Part shown: in pieces, positions 46,455 to 59,452 of the stretch
Layout: each line of letters starts with the position of its first letter
Numbering within the stretch: position 1 is the stretch's first letter
Origin: Carcharhinus amblyrhynchos
Lineage: Eukaryota
Assembly (NCBI GenBank): GCA_965287045.1
Contig: OZ336882.1
Coordinates: forward strand, 6,696,001-6,760,000
Length of the DNA stretch: 64,000 nt
Direction: 5' to 3'
Made by a program: the position numbers and the translations under genes
The notes under the pieces: model-generated
Told to the model about the DNA's origin: nothing
Seen by the model: only the letters and a program-made list of their open reading frames with translations
Database searches by the model: none

Positions 46455-46531
46455 GGCTGCGTGAGGAAAAGCAAGCACTGTGTCTCCTTCCTTCCCAGTT
46501 TAGTCTGAGTTTGATGATGTCTGTGGGGGTA

Positions 46532-46617
46532 GATCTCTCGAAACATCGCAGCTCCGTATTGGCAGACAGCGACACAAAGAGCCTTAACCAATTACTGCAC
46601 CAAGCTTTTCTTAAAGC
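46532..46617 (-). promoter_or_regulatory. Pcdh gene 3 promoter: CSE + CCAAT module
   Basis: Sense TGCAGTAATTGGTTAAGGCTCTTTGTGTCGCTGTCTGCCAAT (CSE 46577..46558), plus GAGATC and GCTTTAAG motifs. Confidence 0.87.
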
Positions 46618-47592
46618 AAGCTTGTCTTGCAATTATTTATATTGTATTTGCAAGTGTTCAGTAAAAATACCCGCACGCATTTAATTGCATTGTCACATTG
46701 TGGCACGTAAAACAGTGCGTATTCAAATTCGAAAATGTGCTTTCATTGTCATTATATTCTAGAAAATAAACAAAAAATTATCATAGCCACATAGCTTTCA
46801 TTTGCTGGCAATCATTGATCTTTGTTGAAAATAAAGTTTAAAAAACTGAATCAATTTGCACATTTCCTACCCTTGGAAGTTGATTGGAAACTGTGTTTTA
46901 CTGAATGAATAGCTTGCGCGGAAAACAAGTATTTTTTTTAACCATAGGTGATATTTTTGAATTAACTGAAATTGAAGGTTTTCAAGACTTTTGCTGAATC
47001 TTCCCTAAGCCTGAGTTCGATCTCAGTACTGTCCCTAGTCGGAAATGACGCACAGCCAATAACTACCGCTGCATCTATGATTTTCTCATGCTGCCTAAGA
47101 CGCGCCTTGGGGATTGTTGGTATGAAATACAGAAATGTTTAATTATCCACTTTTTCTAATGATGCTGTTAAACAGGGCGGAAGACTTTTTTGTCGGCTAG
47201 AATTGAGAATAAGTCTGTGACCACTTCTTTTGACATTCAATTACATGTGCGTAAAGATGGTACCACGAAAACGATTTTTTTCTTGTGCGCAGGCAACATG
47301 TTATTCTAATCGCTGAGAAGACAAATCTCAGGGAAAATGTGATATACGCAGACAGAGCTGCCCTCTGCTGGATATGCAGCTGCTTTACTTCATTTCAAGT
47401 CTGGAGTAAAAAATACAGGCAATGTGATGGGATGAAGCGCAATGTTAAACTTTGTTTCATACTTTTTCATTTATATTTTGGATGTACCATGGCTCGTTGA
47501 AGCTAACCTCAAAATAACCTAAGTTTGCTTTTGTAATTCAATATTGTAATGAAAAACACATGTGTATGCATTTATAAAGTATTCCGCACATT

Positions 47593-48320
47593 ACATAAGA
47601 ACATAAGAACATAAGAAATAGGAGCAGGAGTAGGCCATCTGGCCCTTCGAGCCTGCCCCGCCATTCAATAAGATCATGGCTGATCTGTCGTGGCTCAGTT
47701 CCACTTTCCCGCCCTCTCCCCATAACCCTTAATCCCCTCTCTTATCAAAAACCCATCAACCCGCTTCTTAAAAATATTTAGCGAGGCAGCCTCCACCACT
47801 TCAACGGGCAGAGAATTCCAGAGATTCACCACCCTTTGAGTGAAGAAGTTCCTCCTCAACTCCGTTCTGAACCGCCCCCCCTTTATCTTGAGGCTGTGCC
47901 CCCTAGTCCTACTGTCTTTTTTGAGCGGGAAGAGTCTTTCCACCTCTATCCTATCCATCCCATTCATCATCTTATACGTCTCAATGAGATCTCCCCTCAT
48001 TCTTCTAAACTCTAACGAGTACAAGCCTAGTTTATTCAGCCTCTCCTCATAGCTCAACCCCCTCAACTCCGGTATCAGCCTAGTAAACCTCCTCTGCACT
48101 CCCTCCAAGGCCAAAATATCCTTGCGCAGGTGCGGCGCCCAAAACTGCACACAGTACTCCAGCTGCGGCCTCACCAATGCCCTATACAGCTGCAGCAAGA
48201 CCTCCCTACTTTTATATTCAATCCCCCTCGCTATGAAGGCCAGCATCCCATTCGCCTTCCTGACCACCTGCTGCACCTGCAGGCTGGGTTTTTGCGACTC
48301 ATGCACAAGGACCCCGAGGT
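47593..48320 (-). mobile_element. Young 5'-truncated CR1 LINE, subfamily B
   Basis: Open ORF2 C-terminus (47695..48348) nearly identical to 20555-21190; (TTCTTATG)n tail. Confidence 0.95.
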
Positions 48321-48869
48321 AAAAACAGTTGGTGAGCATCAGAACCATCGCTGTGCATTAGTAGCATTTAGAGAGAAAAAGAACGGTCATATAACATAAA
48401 TTATTTTCTGCAATATTGACCTGGTTGTCTCTTTTTCTTCATCAACGTTCGCATTTTCAGAGAGCAGATAAGCATTAGGATCACGAGCTCAATTCAGACA
48501 TATTTTAGTTTTGATTTGTTTTTCAATGAACCCTTCTCGAGCACAATATGAATTTTCTGAGTTCCACATTCTTTATCTACAAAAGTATCTTAACGCTTCG
48601 TATTTCCTTCCAGGTTTTACAGAGAGTTTCTGTATTAATTCCCATGCTGCTTCCTTTTTTTGCGACACATCCATTATCTTTCCTTTTTTGCTTATCTTTC
48701 TCTATATCTATATATGGATTCGTGAAAGTTGCGTACTCTTGCGAATATTCTCTCGGATTGATTTTATTCTTGGACGTTATCAACATTCATGGGTCTTCTT
48801 GGTCAGAGGAACATGGATGTATTTTGGGTCCACATCTCGGATCGTCACCCTAAAGCATACACCTTTCTG

Positions 48870-49500
48870 AATGGCAGAAGGTGACTAGTGTCACATCTAG
48901 CACTGTTAAAGCTCATGGTGGTATCTCTGGTGAAGATGAGATCTAGCTCGTGCCTATGACATGATCTCCGGTATCTCCAAGGCAATCTCTGGCACAGCTC
49001 GATTTGGAAGTAACTATTCATCACGCAGTGCCCATGGCAGCAGTCTAACTGTCGCTCCTTCTGTCCATGTTCGTTCATCTTGCCGTGCCGCTGGTGCGTA
49101 ATGAACGTTCACCAAGATGTATAATAGATGCCTACGCGTATGATTAAGTATTCAAGAAGTTACACTTCCTTGCTGCTGGAAAGTCTGCTGATGGAAAAGT
49201 CAAGTGCGTCGTAGAACTGATGTTTCTCATCTGAGGTGAAAATGACCCGTGGGGAATAGTTGTCTATGTGGTTATACCTATCCAGTGAGAATTGATTATC
49301 TCTCCCACGTTGGATGTACCGAGTGACTCCATGCCAGGAGGATATAGGCTGAAACCCAAAATTTGTTGTTTTCCATGTTGTGCAACCATGAATCACGATG
49401 TTGAGGTCTTTTCTCCAAGACGAAAACCATGGCAAATAACACGGAGAAGCTGTGCTTTCCACGAATCAGGAAGAACGTCTCGTCAATGTTAGCATTGTCC
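48870..49500 (-). mobile_element. RTE-clade LINE endonuclease remnant
   Basis: DEKHQFYDALD, MNEHGQ...CCHGHCVMNSYFQ...PWRYRRSCHRHELDLIFTR...SARCDTSHLL, matching the RTE AP-endonuclease pattern. Confidence 0.75.
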
Positions 49501-52500
49501 AAAGGAAAGAATGAAACGCATAATGTTTGATTCCAGTTCTGCTGAATAAGTTGTGGAAAGCTGTCTGAGATGTCGAATTGCCACCTATGGGACTCCACTC
49601 CACATCTGTAAATAATTTGGTAAACTAGTCTATAATCCTGTTTATTGTGTTCTTTGTTAACAGCATCACTTCTGGAAATCTAGTTGATACAGGCATGATT
49701 ATCAGCGAGTACTGATGTCAACTTTTTGTCTTAGGGGCGGATAGTACGCAATCAGTTACGACGGTAGTAAGATGTTCCTGAAATGCTGGAATAAGAATTA
49801 ACGATGCAGGCTTAACTACCACTTAGTTATGGCAATAATCAAAGCATGGCAACCCAATAGATATATGCTAAATTCTGGGGCACTTAAATAGGGATAATAA
49901 TGGTGGCCACCCAGCGAGGCCTATGCCCCACGTTTGAATTAAAAAAAATCTCATCAGGTGACTCGTTTTTTGCATCGCATTCACACTTGAGAAGGGAGAG
50001 GAGAAAACAAAGTCCTTAGGCTAGTAATGCAAGAAGTCAATTACTGACATCACACCATTCACCTGCCGGGTAATTCAAATTATTGGTTGCGTAGTCTAAA
50101 TTTAAACAATTGTTATGCAAAGAGGAACACGTGTTGAAACAGTCAGCCTTGTGCATTAACTTAATGCAGTCTAACTTATGATATTTAAACTAAGTCACTT
50201 TATTGAGCAAAATGTAAGCATCTTTGTTTTTGTAAGTTTTTAAATTATGTTCAGGCGTTGGCTTTTTTAAGTTTATAGTTATTTCAGTTTGAATTTGTTA
50301 GTTGAATGTATCGTGTTATATTAAACACACCGGTCATTTTTAGACACTAATTTTATATGTATTCTATAAAGATTTTGTGTAAGTGCCGTAACTTATTAAG
50401 TTTTGCATAACTGCTGTGTAGTTTTAATTGATAATACCAAGCACTCACAGATAGAAAATAGTACGACAGCAAAGTTGTTCTCTCAGCAAATACATAATGA
50501 TGAGTGTCTATTTGGATGAAGTTTTGCTAAAGACACATGCATAGAGAGCATCTGGCCGGATGAATGCTGTTCCCAGATATGTCATGTTGTTTTGTCCGAA
50601 ACAGAAACGGACCTCAAAGCCATTCTCATATATATTTTTATACATATATTATATTCGTTCTTTGCAAACGTCTTGATGAGTTTCAGGATTATAAGCAACT
50701 TCTTACTACTCTATCCTATGAATGTAAAGTAACTCATTCCAAGTGACCACAGGGATAAGTTACCAGCCTTTAAATGCCCTGTACAAAATATCGAGTCACT
50801 GTTAACGGGTTGATGTAGTAACAAGTAAATTAAGCTTGAAACGATATGCTCAAGGTATTAATTACGAGGGTTTGACAGCATATGTTCCTCATCTTGAACA
50901 AATGGGCAAGGAAGATGTCATAACATAATATTTTGTCTCAGCGAGAGGTCATAGAAGAAACAGAAACAACCTTGATAAGCTTGTTGATCCCCACGTAATT
51001 GACACCTCAGAGGTCCAGTCTGGGGGCAATAGGAAATGGAATCAATAGAGGACTGTCACCTTCAAGAAACCAAATACAAACGGATCTTGCCTAACTAGAC
51101 AAATCACAGAATGATCACCAACCTCTTAAGCGTGTTAAGAAATAGCCTCACCACATTTAGGTCAATCGGAATGAAATAAAGTCATTGACCACGCTGTGGG
51201 TTGTGACTTGGGATGAATTAAAAAGCAGAAGCTTTCACTGACCAATTAGCACAACAGGCGCTTACTGTCTACATGGAAGCAGCGGTAATCGAGAGAGAAC
51301 AGAGACCGAGTTTCAATCGGCTCCCAAGCTGGACCAGAAACTAAGTGCCGCAGCAAGCTAGTTAAGCCCCGTTCTGTCTTTGGTAAGTACACATCTGCAA
51401 CTTTTCAACTGTTTTCTGGGTTACTTCATCAAATTGCCTCCCGTTGCATATGTGCTTAAAGTCTCAAATGAACACAACTGGAATTTAACATCAATAATAC
51501 CTAGACCTTATATCGCATTCTGAACAATACGTTAACTTAAGGCAATAACACTCTGGATTCACTCTGCCTCCATCTTTGAAGAAACAATCTGGAATAACTG
51601 CTTAATTTGCATATGTTTCTGTAACTACTAATTTCACTGAGCTAAACACCTCAGAATCATTTCCCCAATTTTCACTTTCTGAACAATCTTGTCACAGATA
51701 GTCTCAACTAACTGAACTTCAGTTTCATTGCCCCGTCTTATAGGTTATTCCTCCTTTATCAGCTTGGGATTTTAAGCCAATCAAGGAATCATTCATTAAC
51801 ATCTTGCAAACAGACCCCAGTTTTGTTCTTGCAAGGCAGACAGGAAGGGCAATGCTGATAAACTCCACTGGAAAGTTGAATAATCAACCCCAACAATACG
51901 CAATTTGTGTATTGCGAGGAGTTAACTGAAACCACGATAAATAACTCTCAGACCATTTGTTACGATTTTATACATTAAAGTTAAACATCTATTAAAATAA
52001 AGGAAAAAGAAAACAACACTTAAAATACATAAACACGCTTGCACTGTTAGCGGTATTTCTACCAACATTCCCTAAAAGATTTTTACTTAATAAACTTAGA
52101 TCCGAGCCCCTTTTTAATGGTAACATTCCTCACGGATTTCTAATCTGTAACGAATTCCAGTAACATTACCACAAAATGCCCTTAGCTTTTCCAGGAAATT
52201 GTACTGAGGCTTCTCCTCTCTGGTGGTGGCAGCAAACTGGTGTTCACAGGTCTGTCTGCATTGCTGCGATCTCACAGCCACACACCAGCCTTCAGTTTCG
52301 CTTACACATGTTTTCTCCTTTGATTTTACATTCTATAGATTCTACAAGTTCCTCTTCCCGGAATTGATCAACCTTTTTTTTCATTATAACTTTACGTCTA
52401 CTGCATTTACAAAGTCAACAAATTATTTTTCCTGATCCATTTATTGATCCATTCCTGATCTCCCAATTGTGATTTGTTCCGTCTGAAATACAATATTTAA

Positions 52501-53099
52501 TTTCAATTCATTTCCCTTATCTCCGTGATGAAAATTTCCTTTTATTCTGCTTCCCAAGCACTTCGTCCACGAGCGTTTCAAATCACTTGTCTTCGCACCT
52601 CCTTTCTTAATGTTTTGGCCACTACCGTCTAATGCTTCCAATTCGATTAAATCAGTCGCATTCAGACATATTTCTTTCCTCGCTTATGATAATGAAGCCA
52701 TAGTAATGCAAAACTATTCAGACAAATTTATAATTCTTGATTAAGGTTCAAATATCAATATATTTTTCGTTTAGGGCGTTGTAAAAGACGTTGCTTGGGG
52801 CGATTTTCTGCAAATATTATGTAAGTTATCCGAAATACCATTGAGCCAATCCAACCAACTTGTACAAAAGTCAAGGAGCAATATAATAAATAGTTTTAAA
52901 ATTATGTGTAGGGATTTAACAACAGTTAACAGTATCTGCCAGGAATCGTATCTCAGACATCCAGTAGGGAATGTGCTGTCCAATATCGATTTATTATACA
53001 AAAAAAAGTCTAGCATTCAATGCGTACGTGTGTATTAAACTAGCATAGTTTTTTGGTTTGCGAAATGGTAAAACCCACTTCGGACACAGACGTATGCAG

Positions 53100-56000
53100 A
53101 CACAATCAGTCTCTGGAACAATACGAGGTCAGCAGATATGATCCACCTAAAAGTTGGGAGGGATTTCTGAAAGGTTTTCTGTGATTTTTTTGGCTCTCAG
53201 TCGAATTAGGAAAGAGGCTCGATTGGATGTAAAGCTGGGGAATGAGGTGAGCGAAGTAGACCAAGCGTCTGTTGTAGAATACTTATTTAAAAACGGTCAT
53301 CGGATGATAAGTTTGAGATCAATAACGGAGAAGGGACAGAAACAAAACTATGAAATACAACTTTAAATATAGAAGAAACCAAACATCAGTCAGACGAGAC
53401 CGGAGTTAATCCAGTAAAATGGAACCAAGGCTTGATAGGAACAAGTATAAGAGAACAATGTATGCCCTTAAAGAAAGATTTATTTCAGGTACAGGCGGGG
53501 CACATGCCACAAAACTGAAATACATGGGAAGCAAATTCATGTTTCATTGGATTGCCAAGCATGAAGGGAATGTGAAGACATAAGAAGGCCTGCCTGTAAC
53601 CTGTCAAGTGAATTCGCCAAACAAGAACAGCGCCAAAAAAAAAGTTACGGCGGATAGTAAAATAGAAAAGGAGATTGGCAAAGGGAGAATGAAAAGGAAT
53701 TGAACATGAAATTGTGTCCAAACTTTTCCATCAGCATGCAGCAACAAAGCAGGCGATATGATGCAGGGTGGACCGATTAGGGAGGAAGAATGTGGTATGC
53801 GCTCAAAAATCAGGGCGAGAGCAGTGTACTTAATGTGAACTTGTATTTGCCTTTTTTTAATAAAGAGGAGGGTCCTGACAAAATAGCGGAAGCAGAGAAG
53901 TTTAATGTGGAGAAGTGTGAGGTAATTCATTTCGGTAGGAATAACAGATGTGTTGAGTATAGGGCTAACGGGAGGACTTTGAATAGTGTGGAGCAGAGGG
54001 ATCTAGGTGTATGTGTACATAGATCCCTGAAAGTTGGGAATCAAGTAGATGAGGTTGTTAAGAAGGCATACGGTGTCTTGGCGTTTATTGGTAGGGGGAT
54101 TGAATTTAGGAGTCGCAGCGTCATGATGCAACTGTACACAACTCTGGTGCGGCCGCACTTGGAGTATTGTGTGCAGTTCTGGTCCCCACATTACAGGAAG
54201 GATGTAGAGGCTTTGGAGAGGGTGCAGAGGAGGTTTACCAGGATGTTGCCTGGTATGGAGGGGAGATCCTATGAGGAGAGACTGAGAGATTTGGGGTTGT
54301 TTTCGCTGGAAAGAAGGCGGCTAAGAGGGGACCTTATTGAAACATATAAGATGATTAGAGGTTTAGACAGGGTGGATAGTGATAGCCTTTTTCCTAGGAT
54401 GGAGAAAGCTAGCACGAGGGGGCACGGCATTAAATTAAGGGGGGGTAGTTATAGGACTGATGTCAGGGGTAGGTTCTTTACCCAGAGAGTGGTGAGGGAC
54501 TGGAATGCCCTGCCAGCTGCAGTTGTAAATGCGCCTAGTTTAGGGGCGTTTAAGAGATCTGTGGATAGGTTTATGGACGAAATGGGATTGGTTTAGATTA
54601 GTGGGTTAGTGTTGTTTTTTTTTAAAAGCTGGTCGGCGCAACATCGTGGGCCGAAGGGCCTGTTCTGCGCTGTAATGTTCTATGTTCTATGTTAAGTTCG
54701 GGTTAAAAATACAATGAGCAGCGTGTACTTGAAAGGGTAACAATGCTAAGCATGGATAGATTTTCTGATATGGATAGGTTACATCTTGGTTCCTAAGGTA
54801 AATGAGAGAAGTGATACTGGATGGCTCGCCGTGACTATAGAATCCCTGCAGTGCAGAAGTGGCCACTCGGCCTATCGAGCCTACATCGACTCTCTAACGG
54901 CATGGCCCTCTCAACCGCCATGTCGCCGTTATCCTATTCGTTTACCATGACTAATCTATTTAACCTAGACATCTAGGTGCACAAAACGCAATTTAGCACG
55001 GCCAATCATCTAAATGCACAAAAGGTGTGGGTTAGGTGGATTGGCTATGCTAAATCGCGATAATTTTGGAATCCCTATGGGAATTTGCTGGACGATATGA
55101 CGGTGGCAATGTAGCTGTTCAGGAAAGCGTTCAAAGATACTCCTCGCAAAACTAGCTGGGTCGGTTTAACGTTAGTGGTGAGGAATTTGCACTTGACAAC
55201 GAGCAGGTATTTGAAGATGTTTGAGTGAGTTACTGAAAACCAGCACGGGTTTTTGGAAGCAAGTCATGTTTACTCAACGTAATTGATTTTACTGATGAAA
55301 TGATGGAGTGGTTTGATAAGAAGGATGCGGCAGAGGTAGCCTGTTTGTATTTGGTAAGCACAAGGGTGGTTAATAATACTAAAGGTCATGGAATATGAGG
55401 CTAATGTCAGCGTGGCCTTAAAAATAGCCCAAGGAGATAAAACTGGGAGTTATATTACATGTCTGTTTTGCAGGCTGGAGAAGAATAGAGAGTGGTGTTC
55501 TTCAACTATCAGTGGCAGAACCATTGTATTTTCTTTCTCAACATTTCGAACTTTGTCAATGAAAGCAACGTTGGGTAGCAGGCAAACAAAATCGGGTGCA
55601 TCAGAATATTGATGTGATAGCCGAATGGGCAGGATATGCAGACAAATAATAGTTTACTGCAGGGTAGCTAAAGATGGTTCACTGAAGCAGGGGTGATAGG
55701 GAGGGCTAAATGGAACGACTGCCAATTTCTAAAGAGTGTGTAGAAACGTAAATAAATCCGTTAATTAGGCATAACATATTGCGCGAGTAATTGGCAAAGC
55801 ATATGGGTTTACTGGCTTTATAAATAGAAATATGTGGAAACGCACGGAAGTTAATTCAAACGTTATCAAGCTCGTGTTAGGACATAACCAAAGTATAGTG
55901 CCAAGTTCTGGTCACAACAGTATAGTAATAAAGTGAGGGTCCCCCAGATGGTCTACTGAGCAGTTACTTTAGTTGTAACACAGTTCAGAAAGTTGAGCTA

Positions 56001-56350
56001 TTATGCTAGTATGCAGAATCAGTCGTTGTTCTCCTTGGAGTAAAAGAGGCTGGGAATTGTGGGGTAGCAATTATAACCGGTTTCGGCAATGTGGACAAAA
56101 AAACTATTCCCATTGTTGAAGGTGCTAGAGGCACACAGATTAGTTTTCGCTAGCAAGACAGGAGCGATTGGTAATGACAAGAAACTCACTGCCAACAGAA
56201 TGGTGGAAGCGGAGAAGTTGGATAATTTCAAAAGGAAACTTCATTCATGTTTGAGAGAAATAAACTTGCATGGCCACAGGGATAGAACAGGAAACTACGA
56301 TTAAATGGATAGCTTGCCAGAGAACAGGGCTCGTTCTGTGCTCTAAGACT
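53100..56350 (+). mobile_element. Old CR1 LINE (heavily decayed), host to a young CR1 and a SINE fragment (about 54835-55060)
   Basis: NQHGF...KSCLLNVIDF and other CR1 ORF2 remnants; the host continues on both sides of the young insertion. Confidence 0.65.
53903..54693 (+). mobile_element. Young 5'-truncated CR1 LINE, subfamily A
   Basis: Near-identical to 6307-7118; open ORF2 C-terminus; (TTCTATG)n tail; AAGTT duplicated at 53898-53902 and 54694-54698. Confidence 0.95.
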
Positions 56351-56544
56351 CTACAATTTCCCCCAGTCTTTCCAAACAACGAAATGGTTATATACAAAGG
56401 ATCGGTGGGAAGGTAAGTGGTGAGGATGATGCAAATAATCTACAGAGAAATATAAACACGTTAAGTAATTGTGCCTAAAACTTTTCCGACAGCATATAGT
56501 CAAGGGTAATGTGAATTTATGCACTTTGGTGAGAAGATCAAGTG

Positions 56545-57990
56545 AGGAGCCTGTTGTGCCTTTGTGTAAGAAGGGCTGCAGGGAGAAGTTTGGGAACTAC
56601 AGGCCACCTAGCCTAAAATCAGTAGTGGGTAAGTTGTTAGAAGGTATTCTGACAGACGGGACTTATAGGCATTTAGCGGGGCAAGGACTGATTAGGGACA
56701 ACAGCAAGGCTTTGTGAGTGGAAAATCATGTCTCAAATATTGGATTGAGTTTTTTGAAGGGGTAACCAAGAAAGTCGATGAGGGCAGTGCAGTGAATGTT
56801 GTCTACATGGACTTTAGCAAGGTCTTTGCAAGGTACCACATGGTAGGTTGCTGCACTAGGTTAAATCTCACCGGATCCAGTGTGAGATAGCCAAAAGGAG
56901 ACAAAATTGGCTTGGCCACCGAAGATAGAGGGTGGTTGTGGATGGATATTTTTCAAACTACAGGCTTTTGACCAGTGATGTACCTCAGGGATCTCTGCTG
57001 GGTCCACTGTTATTAATGATATTAATTTGGATGAAAATATAGGAGGCCTGGTTTGTAAATTTGCAGTTGACACCAAGATTGGTGACATAATGGACAGTGA
57101 AGAGGTTTATCTGAGATTGCAATGGGATCTTGATTAATTGGGCTAGTGAGCTGATGAACGGCAAAGCAAGTTTAATTTAGATAAATGTGAGGTGATGCAT
57201 TTTGGTAGATTGAACCTGGAGAGGACTTACTCAGTTAATGGCAGGGGCTGGGGAGAGTTATAGAAAAAAAAAATCTAAGGGCTGAGGTCCCTAGATCCTT
57301 GAAAGTGTAGTCACAGGTGGACAGAGTGTGGAAAAGACATTTGACATGCCTGGTTCTATTGGTCAGAAAATTGAATATAGGAGTTGGAAGTTTGTTGAAG
57401 TTGTACAAGGCGTTGGTAAGGCCGCACTTGCAATACTGTGTACAGCCCTGGTCACCCTATTATGGAAAGGATATTATTAAACTAGAAAGCGTGCAGAAAA
57501 AAAAATACTAGGATGCTACCAGGACTTGACGGTTTGAGTTATAAGGAGAGGCTAGATCGACTGGGACTTTTTCCCTGGAGCATAGGAGACTTCTGGCCCA
57601 TCTTATAGGGGTCTATAAAATAACGAGGGGCACAGATCAGCTAGATCTTCAACATAGTTTGCCAAAAGTAGAGGAGTCTAAAACCAGAGGGTGCATGTTT
57701 CAGGTGAAAGGGAAGAGATATAAAAGAGTCCAGTGGGGCATTTTTTTTTAACACAGAGGGTGGTGAGTGTCTGGAAAAAGCTGCCACAAGCAGCTGGTAG
57801 TAGTAGTAGTGGAGGCAAGTACGATTTCGTATTTTAAAAGGCATTTAGATGGTTACATGGGGTAAGGTGGGCATGGAGGAATATGGGCCCAACGTGGGCA
57901 ATTGGAACTGGTTTAGTCGTTAAAAAAGGACGGCATGGACATATTGGGCCGAAGGTCCTGTTGCCATATTGTAAAGCTCTATGACTCTAC
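56545..57990 (+). mobile_element. Decayed CR1 LINE (RT to tail)
   Basis: [41 protein letters not shown]; tail GGGCCGAAGG...CTCTATGACTCTA. Confidence 0.88.
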
Positions 57991-57999
57991 GACTAAGAA

Positions 58000-58775
58000 A
58001 ACGTATCATTTAAATGGAATAAGACTACTGGAAGCCGCTGAACAGCCGGATTTATGGATCCTCGTGCATAAACCAAAAAAAAAGCACCATGCAAATTTTG
58101 CAGGAACTAGTGGAGGGAAATTCAATGTTGAACATTATTTCAAAGGAAATGGAATGTCTGAGCAGGGGAATTCTACTAAAAATATACAACATACTAACCA
58201 GGCAGCGCCTGGAATACAATGAACAGCTTTGGCCCCCTTATCTAGGAAAAATATATTGGAATTGGGGGCAGTTCAGAAAATGCTCACTGCTTTGATAAAG
58301 GGTGTGGATGGGTTTTCTTATGAGGAGAGTTTGAGTAGATCTGAATACATTGGCGTATATAAGAAATAGAGGCGACTTTATTGAAATATTTTGGAATCTC
58401 AGGCGGCTTGACAGGGTCGACCGGAGTTTGGAAGGTTGTTTTTCCCTCATGGGAGAGTCTAGGACCAGAGGTCATAATTTCAGAGTAAGGGGTCGTGCAT
58501 TTAAGATAGTGACGAGAAGAAGTTCCCTTTCTCAGAGTGTAATGATTCTGTGAGGTTTATTTTACCGCAGAGGCTGTGGAGACTGGATCAATAAATATGT
58601 CGAAAGTTGAGGTAGAGAGATGTCTAATCATTAAGAGAATTAAAGGTTATGGAGATAGGGCAGAAAAGTGGAGTTGCAGCTCATCGCATCAGATCAGTCA
58701 CGGCCCCCTTTAATGGCGGAGCAGACTCGTTGGGCTGAATGTCGTACTTCTGCTACTGCTACTTATGATCTTATG
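58000..58775 (+). mobile_element. Decayed CR1 LINE 3' part
   Basis: LTRQRLEYNEQLWPPYL, RGDFIEIF...ESRTRGHNF; tail CTTATGATCTTATG. Confidence 0.82.
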
Positions 58776-59452
58776 GAGTTAAATCCAGAATGGTCAACAT
58801 ATCAGCCCCTTCCTCGAGCAAATAATTATTCTTTTAACACCAGGCAGTGAAATATTAGTTTCTATCATTAGCAGGTCAATCGCTTTTGTTGTTAAAACTC
58901 TTGAATTAATATTTCCAATGGGAGTAACAATTCTGGTTGAAATGGTTTTTGTCTCGTGCTATGAATTAGCCTGATTACACGCACATACTTCAAACAATTG
59001 TCACACATAACATCTCTCCTAATTCCAAAGGTTTTATTTATTTAATCTGAAAGTCTCGGAATCAGCTTGTGAAAATGTTATGGAATGGGTACATACATCA
59101 TGGGAGATGCAGTGATCGACCGGCCGAGGGAACAAGGTTGGGTTTGCCAGCAATCGTGAAACAAAATATTTTGTCATTTATGATACCTGTTGTGAAATGC
59201 TGGTATGGGATGATGCTTTAAGTCGTTGAAACGTTTTTGACACACTGACATAATGATGCACATTGAAAACCTGTCATGTATTCAATCAATGGCGCATTTA
59301 AATAATATAACTATATGTTCATCATTTTATGCGTCAGGCGTTGTTGTGATCGACTAGCATGCATCGAACTCACTACTGATTTTTTTCTGAGTATAGTTCT
59401 ACTGGAGATATGTTATTCATGACTCACAATATTTATAAAAATGCCATCTATA

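Noticed and set aside
50800-52330. Possible solo LTR(s) (TGTTAA...TTAACA; TGTTACG...)
   Set aside because: No TSD or internal coding remnant identified.
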